Source: an uncultured Chloroflexia bacterium
GTDB lineage: Bacteria > Chloroflexota > Anaerolineae > Anaerolineales > UBA4823
Direction of reading: 5' to 3'
Assembly (NCBI GenBank): GCA_963705155.1
Contig: CAVPJC010000001.1
Span: forward strand, 292,392-356,391
DNA: 64,000 bases
Shown: one piece after another, positions 17,254 to 25,391 of the stretch
Layout: every line of letters starts with the position of its first letter
Position numbering within the stretch: position 1 is the stretch's first letter
Position numbers and translations under genes: made by a program
The notes under the pieces: model-generated
Databases searched by the model: none
What the model was told of the DNA's origin: nothing
The model's input: the letters and a program-made list of their open reading frames with translations, nothing else

Positions 17254-17625
17254 TCACTCTCTTGGTTTGGGCTTGTTCGTGCGGTAACCGGCCCGCTTCC
17301 AGGCGCCCACGCCGCCCTGCAGGCTGTAAGCCTGGTAACCGCGGGCGCGCAGCCAGCGCACACCCGGCAGGCTGCGGTGTCCGCTGAGACACAATACCAC
17401 CACCGGACGGGAAGCATCCAGCTTCAGGCGTTCCATAGAAGCGGGCATACCGGTCAGCGGGGCATGCCTGGCCGAGCCAATGGTTCCCTGTTCATATTCA
17501 ACCCGGCTGCGCGCATCTGCAAGCTGCACTGGCTGGCCTGCCTTCAGCCAGTCCTGCAATTCTTTCGGGTTCACTTCGGGCACCCTGCCCACCGGCAGCC
17601 ACCAGAAATATGCTGCCAGCTTCAT
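17254..17625 (-). CDS. Rhodanese-domain sulfurtransferase
   Basis: It has the CLSGHRS active-site loop and is single-rhodanese length. Its start overlaps the OsmC stop. Confidence 0.85.
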   Translation of the reverse strand: MKLAAYFWWLPVGRVPEVNPKELQDWLKAGQPVQLADARSRVEYEQGTIGSARHAPLTGMPASMERLKLDASRPVVVLCLSGHRSLPGVRWLRARGYQAYSLQGGVGAWKRAGYRTNKPKPRE

Positions 17626-18101
17626 GAGGTTTTCCCGGGCGTGTACACACCGCTCTTCACCAGGGCAGCCGTGTCATCGGTTTCTTCATAAATGTGGTAT
17701 TTCAATTCGATTGGAAATACCTGGCCCAGCATCGCCTGCGCCGGGCAATAGCGCGTGGCCGAAAGCTCAATGGCGCGCAGAACCGCTGTTTCATCAAGGC
17801 CCTGACCGGTCAATGTGTATTCGATCACCGCGCTGGTAAAAACCCTGGGATGCTCCTGAGCCCGCACGGCATGCACTGCCACGTCAAACCGGGTGACCAC
17901 CTGGCGCTTCTTCTGCAAAATGGAGATCACATCCATCGCCGTGCAGCCCGCCAGCCCGGTGGCGATCAGCTCCATCGGGCGAAAACCATCTTCCGAGCCG
18001 CCTACAGCCGCCTCAGCCCCCAGGGGCACATTGAACCCGGTATCGGCCGAGCCATCAAAGCTCATGCCGCCCTTCCACTTTACGAGTGCATCCACAATCA
18101 T
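17622..18101 (-). CDS. OsmC-family peroxiredoxin-like protein
   Basis: 159 aa with GAEAAVGGSEDGFRPMELIATGLAGCTAMDV...SATRYCPAQAM, the two conserved OsmC cysteines. Confidence 0.85.
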   Translation of the reverse strand: MIVDALVKWKGGMSFDGSADTGFNVPLGAEAAVGGSEDGFRPMELIATGLAGCTAMDVISILQKKRQVVTRFDVAVHAVRAQEHPRVFTSAVIEYTLTGQGLDETAVLRAIELSATRYCPAQAMLGQVFPIELKYHIYEETDDTAALVKSGVYTPGKTS

Positions 18102-18685
18102 TCCTCCAGGAGCGGGGTGACGTACTTTTCCAACATCTCATCGTTGATCGCGCCCATCCAGGCCAGGCGCACGATGCCATCGCGATCTACAACATAGGAA
18201 GACGGCAGTGTATCCGTACGAAAAGCATCCAACGCCTTTTCGTCCGGGTCAGGCCACACCAGGAATGTGAGGCCATAATCGCGCGCAAAACGCGAAACAT
18301 CTCCGGGAGCGCTGCCTGCCTCAATGGCGATGATCGTAAAACGCTGCCTCTCATGCTTATCGAAATAGGCCTGCAGAGTGGGCATTTCTGCTTTGCAGGG
18401 CGGGCACCAGGTGGCCCAGTTGTTCACCAGCACCACCTGCCCACGGTGATCTGCCAGCGACACCGGGCTGCCGCCCAGGTCGGTCAGCTCGATCGGCGGA
18501 GCGGCGAAATTCACTTCGGCTGGTACTGTTACCGGCAGATCAGCCGGCGATTTTGCGCCAACCAGACCGGGCAGCAAGATGAATGCCGCAATCCCCAGAA
18601 CAACCAGCCCGCCTCCGATCAACGCCAGGGGCAGCACCTGAGAACGGCGGTTTACTCTGCGAGGGCGGGTTTTGGTTCTTTTCAT
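18098..18685 (-). CDS. TlpA/ResA-like membrane-anchored thiol:disulfide oxidoreductase
   Basis: An N-terminal TM anchor and VVLVNNWATWCPPCKAEMP (a WCxxC thioredoxin fold). Confidence 0.85.
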   Translation of the reverse strand: MKRTKTRPRRVNRRSQVLPLALIGGGLVVLGIAAFILLPGLVGAKSPADLPVTVPAEVNFAAPPIELTDLGGSPVSLADHRGQVVLVNNWATWCPPCKAEMPTLQAYFDKHERQRFTIIAIEAGSAPGDVSRFARDYGLTFLVWPDPDEKALDAFRTDTLPSSYVVDRDGIVRLAWMGAINDEMLEKYVTPLLEE

Positions 18686-18709
18686 CTCGTGAAGACACCT
18701 GTCTGGAGC

Positions 18710-19078
18710 CTAATGCTGGTGGATACGGCTCAGATCACTGGTGACACGCCCATCCATGAAAGCGCGCACAGCCGCCTCAATCTCACCACCGGTCATCACA
18801 ACATCCAACCCGGAGGAGCGCGCTTTCTGGTAAGCAGGTGTGCCCATGCCGCCGCACAGCAGCACTTTGCAATCGGCAATTGGGGCGAACATATCCTCAT
18901 GCCCGTGCGGCTGCCCGGATTGATGATCGGGATGCTGGCTGTGATGTGGTTTCAGGCGTTCTTCTTCAGCCAGGATGCGCCCGTTATCGATGGTAAATAC
19001 ACGGTAGGCGGGCGCCATACCAAAATGGCTGCTCAGGCTTTTCCCATCTTCTGTCACTGCGGCTATTTTATACGCCAT
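18710..19078 (-). CDS. NifB/NifX-family (dinitrogenase FeMo-cofactor-binding-like) small protein with a His-rich loop
   Basis: MAYKIAAVTEDGKSLSSHFGMAPAYRVF...CKVLLCGGMGTPAYQKARSSGLDVV, with an inserted HHSQHPDHQSGQPHGHED loop. Confidence 0.7.
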   Translation of the reverse strand: MAYKIAAVTEDGKSLSSHFGMAPAYRVFTIDNGRILAEEERLKPHHSQHPDHQSGQPHGHEDMFAPIADCKVLLCGGMGTPAYQKARSSGLDVVMTGGEIEAAVRAFMDGRVTSDLSRIHQH

Positions 19079-19102
19079 CAGAAGAGTCTCCGATCTTATC
19101 CA

Positions 19103-19792
19103 TCAGTTCTTCAGGGCGCGCCGGATTTCGGCAACCAGGTTGGCCTCAGGCACCGCGCCAACCACATTCCCGGCGCCATCATTAATGGTCGTCTGCGGCA
19201 CGCCGCTGACCGAATGCCGGTCTGAAAGCTCAGGGAACTCGATGGCTTCCACCATCTCGGCCTGCACAAAGGGACTTTCCATCGCCATCTGGTGAGCGAG
19301 CACCACGGCTCGCGGGCAGTAGGGTCAGGTTGGGGTGACGAATACTTGCAATAACACGGGCTCGCTTAAACCCTGGAGATACTGGCGGGTTTTTGCATCC
19401 AGTCCCGAATCGCGCCCGGAAACCAGCACCAGGTCATGGATCAGCGAGCTGAACTCATGACCGGAAGGAATGCCGGCCATGCGGATGCCGTAATCCAGCA
19501 CACCATCGCCATCTTGAGCTGCGATGACCAGGGTTGGGGCTTTATCCACATTGTACCGGGCGGCAGCCTCGGCATGCTCGTCAAGATCATATTTTTCCAG
19601 GCCGAGCTTATCCGAAATAGCCACCACCTCTTCCACCAGCTGGAGGGTATCGTCGCAGGTATCGCAGCCGTCCTTGCGCCCAAAATACAGCACCTGCACA
19701 GGCGCTACCAACTGCGCAAAAACCTCACCCACCTGCCGGACGATTTCATCATTCAGCAAACGTTCGTTCATATGGTGTAAATTTACTCCCAT
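19103..19792 (-). CDS. Two-domain glutaredoxin-like protein-disulfide oxidoreductase (PDO type) with an in-frame TGA at the first Cys of the second CxxC (candidate Sec)
   Basis: ORFs 19325..19792 and 19103..19306 are in the same frame, separated only by TGA 19325-19327. The first domain has the CDTC motif. The second motif reads VTPT-TGA-PYCPRAV, i.e. U/stop-PYC where PDO-type proteins have CPYC. Confidence 0.7.
19296..19313 (-). promoter_or_regulatory. Candidate bacterial SECIS hairpin
   Basis: On the mRNA, the stem GCGAGC-CGUGGU-GCUCGC begins 11 nt after the UGA. The stem is 6 bp and perfect, and the 6-nt loop contains GGU. Confidence 0.4.
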
Positions 19793-19822
19793 CGACCCAC
19801 ACGGGGTTGATTGATTGTCCTA

Positions 19823-20017
19823 TCAGGTAAAACAGCCGCAGGAAACCTGCCCGCAGTTCGGGCAGGCCAGGTTGAGCAAACCATCATAATCCAGTGTTTG
19901 CTCTTTACACCTGGGGCACAAATCGCCGGCCTTCGGCGCCTGCTCCCGGGGCTGCGTCACAAGCGGCTGCAAAGCTGCCGGGCTGCTCACCGGCTTCTGA
20001 ACCGTTTTTATCTCCAT
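19823..20017 (-). CDS. Small zinc-ribbon protein (hypothetical)
   Basis: 64 aa, MEIKTVQKP...CPRCKEQTLDYDGLLNLACPNCGQVSCGCFT, with two CxxC pairs. It lies between the anti-sigma and PDO genes on the same strand. Confidence 0.45.
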   Translation of the reverse strand: MEIKTVQKPVSSPAALQPLVTQPREQAPKAGDLCPRCKEQTLDYDGLLNLACPNCGQVSCGCFT

Positions 20018-20060
20018 GCTGATTGGTTGCCAGACCCACCCGAAAGATGCCAGCCCGCCT

Positions 20061-20303
20061 TTACAGGAAATTATCCAGGTCCAGGCGGCGAAACAGACGC
20101 TGGCGAACCTCCTCAGGCGCGGAAACCCTGGCAGCCAATTCATGATACAGGCTGATCGTTTTGTTAAGGGTATCCACCACCACGCGGCAGTTTTCACAGC
20201 CTGCCAGGTGACGCTCGATCTCTGCGCAGATTTCATCCTGCAGGACCCCATCCACATAATCCGAGAGCGAACCCAGCAAATAGCGGCAGTTTTCGTGCTC
20301 CAT
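20061..20303 (-). CDS. Soluble zinc-binding anti-sigma factor (ZAS, RsrA-like)
   Basis: 80 aa with no TM helix. It has Cys6 and the H32-x3-C36-x2-C39 (HLAGCENC) motif. Its start abuts the sigma-factor stop. Confidence 0.8.
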   Translation of the reverse strand: MEHENCRYLLGSLSDYVDGVLQDEICAEIERHLAGCENCRVVVDTLNKTISLYHELAARVSAPEEVRQRLFRRLDLDNFL

Positions 20304-20911
20304 TATGTACGCTTCCCTTCAATTAATCGATCGCCGAAGTAGCCCGATAGATCTTCGCGCAGGTGCAGACGGGCGCGTGACAGGCGGGTTTTCACGGCTG
20401 TCTCACTCAAATTGAGCACATCGGCAGTTTCCTGTGTTGAAAGACCCTGGATGTCTCGCAATACGAAGACAACCCTCAGGCTGTCTGGCAATTGCCCGAT
20501 CGCCTCATCCAGGTGACGCTGCGCTTCGGCAGAAATAAACTCGGATTCAGGCAGGCAGCACCAATCTGCAATTTGCACCGGTTCCTGTTCGCCGTCTTCG
20601 GTTTTTATCGGCTCGTCCACCGAGACCATGTTGGGCTTGCTGCGCCTCAGCGCCATCAGGGCTTCATTGGTGGCGATACGGTATAACCAGGTGGAGATGC
20701 TGGAACGCCCGTCAAAATCTTTGATGTGTTTGAACGCCTTGATAAAAGTTTCCTGCAGCACATCCTCGGCATCCTGCTGGTCATTGAGCATCTTGCTTGC
20801 CAGACGGTAGATGAGCTCATAATTGCTCTCCACCAGCCGGGCAAATTCAGCCCGGTCGCCCGAACGCAGGGCTTCCAGGGATAAGGTCTCGGTTTTCTTG
20901 CCGTTGCTCAT
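20303..20911 (-). CDS. ECF-family RNA polymerase sigma-70 factor
   Basis: Region 2 is YRLASKMLNDQQDAEDVLQETFIKAF...STWLYRIATNEAL. Region 4 is VFVLRDIQGLSTQETADVLNLSETAVKTRLSRAR. I prefer the ATG at 20911 with an upstream AAGGA over the ORF-track start at 20965. Confidence 0.85.
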   Translation of the reverse strand: MSNGKKTETLSLEALRSGDRAEFARLVESNYELIYRLASKMLNDQQDAEDVLQETFIKAFKHIKDFDGRSSISTWLYRIATNEALMALRRSKPNMVSVDEPIKTEDGEQEPVQIADWCCLPESEFISAEAQRHLDEAIGQLPDSLRVVFVLRDIQGLSTQETADVLNLSETAVKTRLSRARLHLREDLSGYFGDRLIEGKRT

Positions 20912-21035
20912 TAGATGCATCCTTGACGAAAAGGTTACCGGTTCTGGCCTCGAAGATTTTATCATATTGACGGAGATTACCGCCTATGCTATAGTCCTGA
21001 CCAGACGATTGGTCTATACTGCGCTGGAGGCAGCC

Positions 21036-21839
21036 TTGAGCTTTATCTCCCTGACAACAGATTTCGGCATCAAAGATGGTAATGTCGGCGTAATGAAGGG
21101 TGTGATTTGGAACATTTCACCTCACACCCAGATTGCCGACCTCAGCCACATGATCGGCCCCCAGAATATCCTGGAGGCCGCCCTGATCCTTGGGCGATCA
21201 GCGCCGTACTTCCCATCGGGAACCATCCATCTGGTAGTGGTCGATCCGGGGGTGGGCACCTCCCGCCGCCCCATCGCGGCGCGCCTGGGTTACCAGTTTT
21301 TCGTCGGCCCAGATAACGGCTCTTGCAGCTTGCTGCTCGAACGCGCCGAGCATGAAAAAGCCACGATCGAATTTGTCCACTTGAACCGGCCGCGTTATTG
21401 GCTGCACGATATCAGCCACGTATTCCACGGGCGCGATATCTTCTCACCGGTGGCTGCCCATCTGGCGAATGGGGTGCCGCTCGTCGAGGTGGGTACGCCG
21501 ATTAACGATCCCGTGCGCCTCAAGCTGCCCCGGCCGCAAGCCACCCCCACCGGCTGGAAAGGCGAGGTGCTGCACATCGATCATTTTGGCAATATTTCCA
21601 CCAATATCCTGCGCGAGCAGCTTGGCGCTCCGTCCAGCGTCAGCATCCGGCTGTGCGGCGCCGAAATTCAAGGGCTGATCAACACCTTCGGCGAACGGCA
21701 GCCGGGCGACCTGGTGGCGCTTTACGGCAGCACCGGCAATCTGATCGTCTCGGTCGTCAACGGGAGCGCCGCTCTGCGCCTGAACCCGGCCATCGGCGAC
21801 GATGTCCTCGTTACAACCCCTGCTGAAAATCAAGCCTGA
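21036..21839 (+). CDS. SAM hydrolase / SAM-dependent halogenase family protein (DUF62, SAM hydroxide adenosyltransferase-like)
   Basis: ISLTTDFGIKDGNVGVMKGVI...HLVVVDPGVGTSRR...FVGPDNG...HVFHGRDIFSP...IDHFGN are family hallmarks. GGAGG lies upstream of TTG 21036, in frame with ORF 20823..21839. Confidence 0.85.
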   Translation: MSFISLTTDFGIKDGNVGVMKGVIWNISPHTQIADLSHMIGPQNILEAALILGRSAPYFPSGTIHLVVVDPGVGTSRRPIAARLGYQFFVGPDNGSCSLLLERAEHEKATIEFVHLNRPRYWLHDISHVFHGRDIFSPVAAHLANGVPLVEVGTPINDPVRLKLPRPQATPTGWKGEVLHIDHFGNISTNILREQLGAPSSVSIRLCGAEIQGLINTFGERQPGDLVALYGSTGNLIVSVVNGSAALRLNPAIGDDVLVTTPAENQA

Positions 21840-21842
21840 CGG

Positions 21843-23471
21843 GTGCGTGTGGAAACTACGCTGGTTATTGAAAACCTATCCTTTCGTTATCGCGATCGCC
21901 AGGACCTGGCCATCAAGGACATTTCCCTCCAGGTCTCGCAGGGTCAACTGGTATTAATTGCCGGCGCCAGCGGCTGCGGCAAGACCACCCTCGTGCGCTG
22001 CATCAACGGGCTGATCCCGCGCAGCTATAAGGGCGAAATCCAGGGACGCATTCTGGTCAATGGGCAGCCCATCGAGAAAATGCTGCTCTCACGCATCTCT
22101 CAAATGGTGGGCACCGTCCTTCAGGATCCAGAGCGCCAGATCCTCGGAACCCGGGTGAGCAGCGAGGTGGCCTTTGGTTTGGAGAACCTGGGCCTGCCCC
22201 GTCCCGAGATACGCCAGCGCGTCCAGACCGCCATGGAATATCTCGGCATCAGCGCCCTCGCCGAACGGGAGACCTTCAACCTGTCCGGAGGAGAGAAACA
22301 GAAGGTGGCCCTGGCAGGCGTTTTGGCAATGCACCCAAACATCCTGCTGCTGGATGAGCCGCTCGCCAGCCTGGACCCTGCCAGCGCTCAGGAAACCCTG
22401 GCCCTTGTTCGCCGCCTGGCCGATGAAGGCATGACCATTTTGATGGTCGAGCACCGGGTGGAAGATGGTTTCAAAATCAGGCCCGACCTGGCAATCTTCA
22501 TGGCAGATGGCCAAATCCGTTACCAGGGGCCGGTATCGGGGTTTAACAATGTGGTGGATTACCGCGCTGTTAAAATGCCCGCCCAAATGGTAATGGAGCG
22601 CGCTGTGGTTGACCCGCCGCCTGCGGAAATTCGTTTCTTGCCGGCTGTCTCTGCCGCCCCAGGCTCTGATAAACCGCTGGTGCAGTTCGAGAATGTGCGC
22701 TTCGAGTATGAGCAGAACCGCGACGTGCTGCAGGATATCTCTCTCTCCATTCGCCGCGGCGATGTGATCGCCGTCCTGGGTCCCAACGGCGCAGGCAAGA
22801 CCACCCTTGTCAAGCACGCCATCGGCCTGCTGAAACCCAAATCAGGCCGGGTGCTGGTGGATGCAGAAGATACGCGCCAGATGAGTGTGGCCCAGATTGC
22901 AGGCACGTTGGGGTATGTCTTCCAAAGCCCCAGCCACATGCTTTTTGCCTCTACCGTTGAAGAGGAGCTGGCCTTTGGCCCCACCAACCTGCGCCACCAG
23001 CCCGAGGCAATCAAGAAGGAGGTGAAGGAAGCACTTGAGATCGTCAATCTTTCCGGAAAAGAAAAGGATCCCCCGCTGTCACTCTCGTTCGGACAGCAAA
23101 AGCGCGTCAGCATCGCTGCCATCCTTGCCATGCGCTCCCGGATACTGGTGATGGACGAGCCCACGGCTGGACAGGATTATAAAAACTACATGGAATTTAT
23201 GGATGCCATCCTCCAGCTGCCGTATTTTGAGGCCATTTTATTCATCACCCACGATGTCGACCTGGCAGTCATCTACGCCAACCGTGTTTTATTGGTAGCT
23301 CAGGGCAGGCTCGTGGATGATGGCCCACCCCAGGATGTGCTGCGTGATTACAATCGCCTGGCCGCCTGCCGGCTGGTGCCGACCTCGCTTTTGCAGGCCA
23401 ATTTTGACCGGCTGCCAGCCAGCGGACGTTTCTTACGTGCCGAGGCGTTGGCGCATGTTCGTTCTCTTTAA
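21843..23471 (+). CDS. ECF transporter ATPase, tandem EcfA-EcfA' fusion (two ABC domains)
   Basis: It has two Walker A sites (GASGCGKTT, GPNGAGKTT), two LSGGEKQ/LSFGQQK signatures and two Walker B sites (LLLDEP, LVMDEP). Confidence 0.9.
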   Translation: MRVETTLVIENLSFRYRDRQDLAIKDISLQVSQGQLVLIAGASGCGKTTLVRCINGLIPRSYKGEIQGRILVNGQPIEKMLLSRISQMVGTVLQDPERQILGTRVSSEVAFGLENLGLPRPEIRQRVQTAMEYLGISALAERETFNLSGGEKQKVALAGVLAMHPNILLLDEPLASLDPASAQETLALVRRLADEGMTILMVEHRVEDGFKIRPDLAIFMADGQIRYQGPVSGFNNVVDYRAVKMPAQMVMERAVVDPPPAEIRFLPAVSAAPGSDKPLVQFENVRFEYEQNRDVLQDISLSIRRGDVIAVLGPNGAGKTTLVKHAIGLLKPKSGRVLVDAEDTRQMSVAQIAGTLGYVFQSPSHMLFASTVEEELAFGPTNLRHQPEAIKKEVKEALEIVNLSGKEKDPPLSLSFGQQKRVSIAAILAMRSRILVMDEPTAGQDYKNYMEFMDAILQLPYFEAILFITHDVDLAVIYANRVLLVAQGRLVDDGPPQDVLRDYNRLAACRLVPTSLLQANFDRLPASGRFLRAEALAHVRSL

Positions 23472-23493
23472 GTTCATTTCATAGGAGCTAGCC

Positions 23494-24426
23494 ATGAAAC
23501 GCAACCTTCTCTCAGTGATTGTCGCATTGGTAGTTGTCTTCTTGATCCTGGTCTTGCTGGTTGTTGTGGGCGGCGCTATCAGCGAGCGTTTCCAGACCGG
23601 AGAAAACCCGCTTCTGCGCTTCGTTTTCGTCGCCATCGGATGTCTGATTGCCTTTTTCATCTATTATTTCACCAGTCAGAACCCCATCTGGGAGATCGGT
23701 ACACGCCAGGTGGTGTATATGGCTATTGGCGCAGCGCTGTATGCTGTATTTTCTTATATTTTTAACGGCACCGTTTTTGCGGTTCCCTCCGTCAGCCAGG
23801 TGGCCTTGCGTCCAGCCATCGCCATCCCCATGTTCTTCGGGTATGCCTTTGGGCCTGCGGTCGGTTTCTTCTCCGGAGCGGTGGGCAACATGTTCGGCGA
23901 CGCCCTGACAGGTTTTGGCCTTTCTCCGCAATGGAGTGTAGGCAATGGTTTGGTGGGCCTGATTGCCGGGATGGCAGGGCTTTACGCCGATAAGAAAAAG
24001 GGATTGAACACTGTATTGATTGCTGGCGCTGTCCTGACCGCCCTCTTCACGATCTTTTACCTGCTCAATCCGACCATTTCCAATATGACCTACTTTAATG
24101 AGGCGGAAAATGCCTTCGGCGACCAGCAGATCACCCTGCTTGCCGGCATCTCTATCGCCATTGGCTTCATCCTTGTGCTTGTGGTGCGTTTTGCTTTTGG
24201 ACAGAACCTGGATGTAGCTGCCGCCGTCACCTGGAGCATGCTGGGCAACATCCTGGGCATTGGGTTTGCCGCTGTTTCTGACATCTGGATCAACGGTTTC
24301 ACGCCGGCGGTTGCCATCGTGGGTGAATTCCTGCCTGCAGCCGGCCCGAACCTGATTTTTGCCGCCATTCTGGTTCCAATTCTGGTGGGGGCGTACGCCG
24401 CGGTGCAACGCCAGTCAGGGCGCTGA
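23494..24426 (+). CDS. ECF transporter substrate-specific (S) component, substrate unknown
   Basis: A 310-aa polytopic membrane protein lying between the ecfA fusion and ecfT. The Gly-rich helices (GPAVGFFSGAVGNMFGD) are typical of S components. Confidence 0.65.
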   Translation: MKRNLLSVIVALVVVFLILVLLVVVGGAISERFQTGENPLLRFVFVAIGCLIAFFIYYFTSQNPIWEIGTRQVVYMAIGAALYAVFSYIFNGTVFAVPSVSQVALRPAIAIPMFFGYAFGPAVGFFSGAVGNMFGDALTGFGLSPQWSVGNGLVGLIAGMAGLYADKKKGLNTVLIAGAVLTALFTIFYLLNPTISNMTYFNEAENAFGDQQITLLAGISIAIGFILVLVVRFAFGQNLDVAAAVTWSMLGNILGIGFAAVSDIWINGFTPAVAIVGEFLPAAGPNLIFAAILVPILVGAYAAVQRQSGR

Positions 24427-24522
24427 TTCACGCCTCATGCTGCGTGATCCGTTCTGGCTTGCAAGGCAGGCTACAGATCACGCAGCATGTCTCCTGCTTT
24501 GTAAAGATATCCATCATCTGCT

Positions 24523-25373
24523 ATGCTTGTCACCTGGCGCTATCGCGCAAGAAATTCTCAGATCCAAAAATTCGACCCCCGGGCGTGGTTCATTTTCTAC
24601 GCCTGCTTCCTGGCATCCGCGCTCTTTTTTTGGGATGTGCGCTTCCTGGTCTTTTTTCTTGTCATAGCACTGGTTGTGGTGTTCTCATCCAGGGTGACCT
24701 GGCATGAAATCGCGCCGCGCCTGGATGTTTATCAGCGGCTTTATCATTTTCTACACCACGATCATTTTTCTGACTGGCCGGGGCGGGGTTGAATTCTATA
24801 ACCAGGAAACCCTGATCCGGCGGCTGGATGCACCCTTCACCCTCTTTTGGCTGGCGGCCCGGCCTGGATATTACGGTGGAGCGCACTTTCTTTGCACTGG
24901 CGCAGCTTGTTCGGGTATTCAGCATCGCCAGCGTCACCATTCTGATTCCCTACACCGTTAATCCGGCCCAATACGGCATCACCTTCCGCGGACTGGGTCT
25001 ATCCGACAAGATTGCCTATGCCATGGATCTGACCATGCGCTTTGTCCCCACCTTCGGTCGGGATTTTCAGATGACCATGGATGCCCAACGCGCCCGGGGG
25101 TATGAACTGGAAAAGATACGCGGCGGCCTGGTTGCCCAGGTTCGCAAACTGGCTCCATTGATCGTGCCCGTCACCATCCATGCCATTATCGGCAGCGAGG
25201 ACATCATCGATGCGATGGATTTACGTGCCTTTGGTGTGGGGCCGCGCACCTGGCTGGAACAGCTTCACTACCGGCGGCGCGATTACGCCCTGATCACCTT
25301 CTCGGTCGTGTTACTGATCACTTCGCTCTTTCTTTCATTGCTGGGCTTCGGCCGTTTCTGGGCGCCGGTCTAA
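24523..25373 (+). CDS. ECF transporter transmembrane (T) component EcfT (two frame breaks, near 24700 and 24855)
   Basis: Three overlapping ORFs (24523.., 24704.., 24828..) together spell an EcfT: QKFDPRAW..., ...PFTLF|GWRPGLDITVERTFFAL..., ARGYELEK... (coupling-helix Ala-Arg-Gly motif). The second break is an extra T in a TTTT run. Confidence 0.75.
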
Positions 25374-25391
25374 TTCGTAAAGTAAAACTCT

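Noticed and set aside
20912-20965. A possible ECF-type autoregulatory promoter (GAACC ... CGTC) just upstream of the sigma-factor start.
   Set aside because: The spacer between the -35-like and -10-like elements is only about 12 nt, and the element would sit about 10 nt from the start codon. No GGAAT-N18-GTT SigR-type motif was found.
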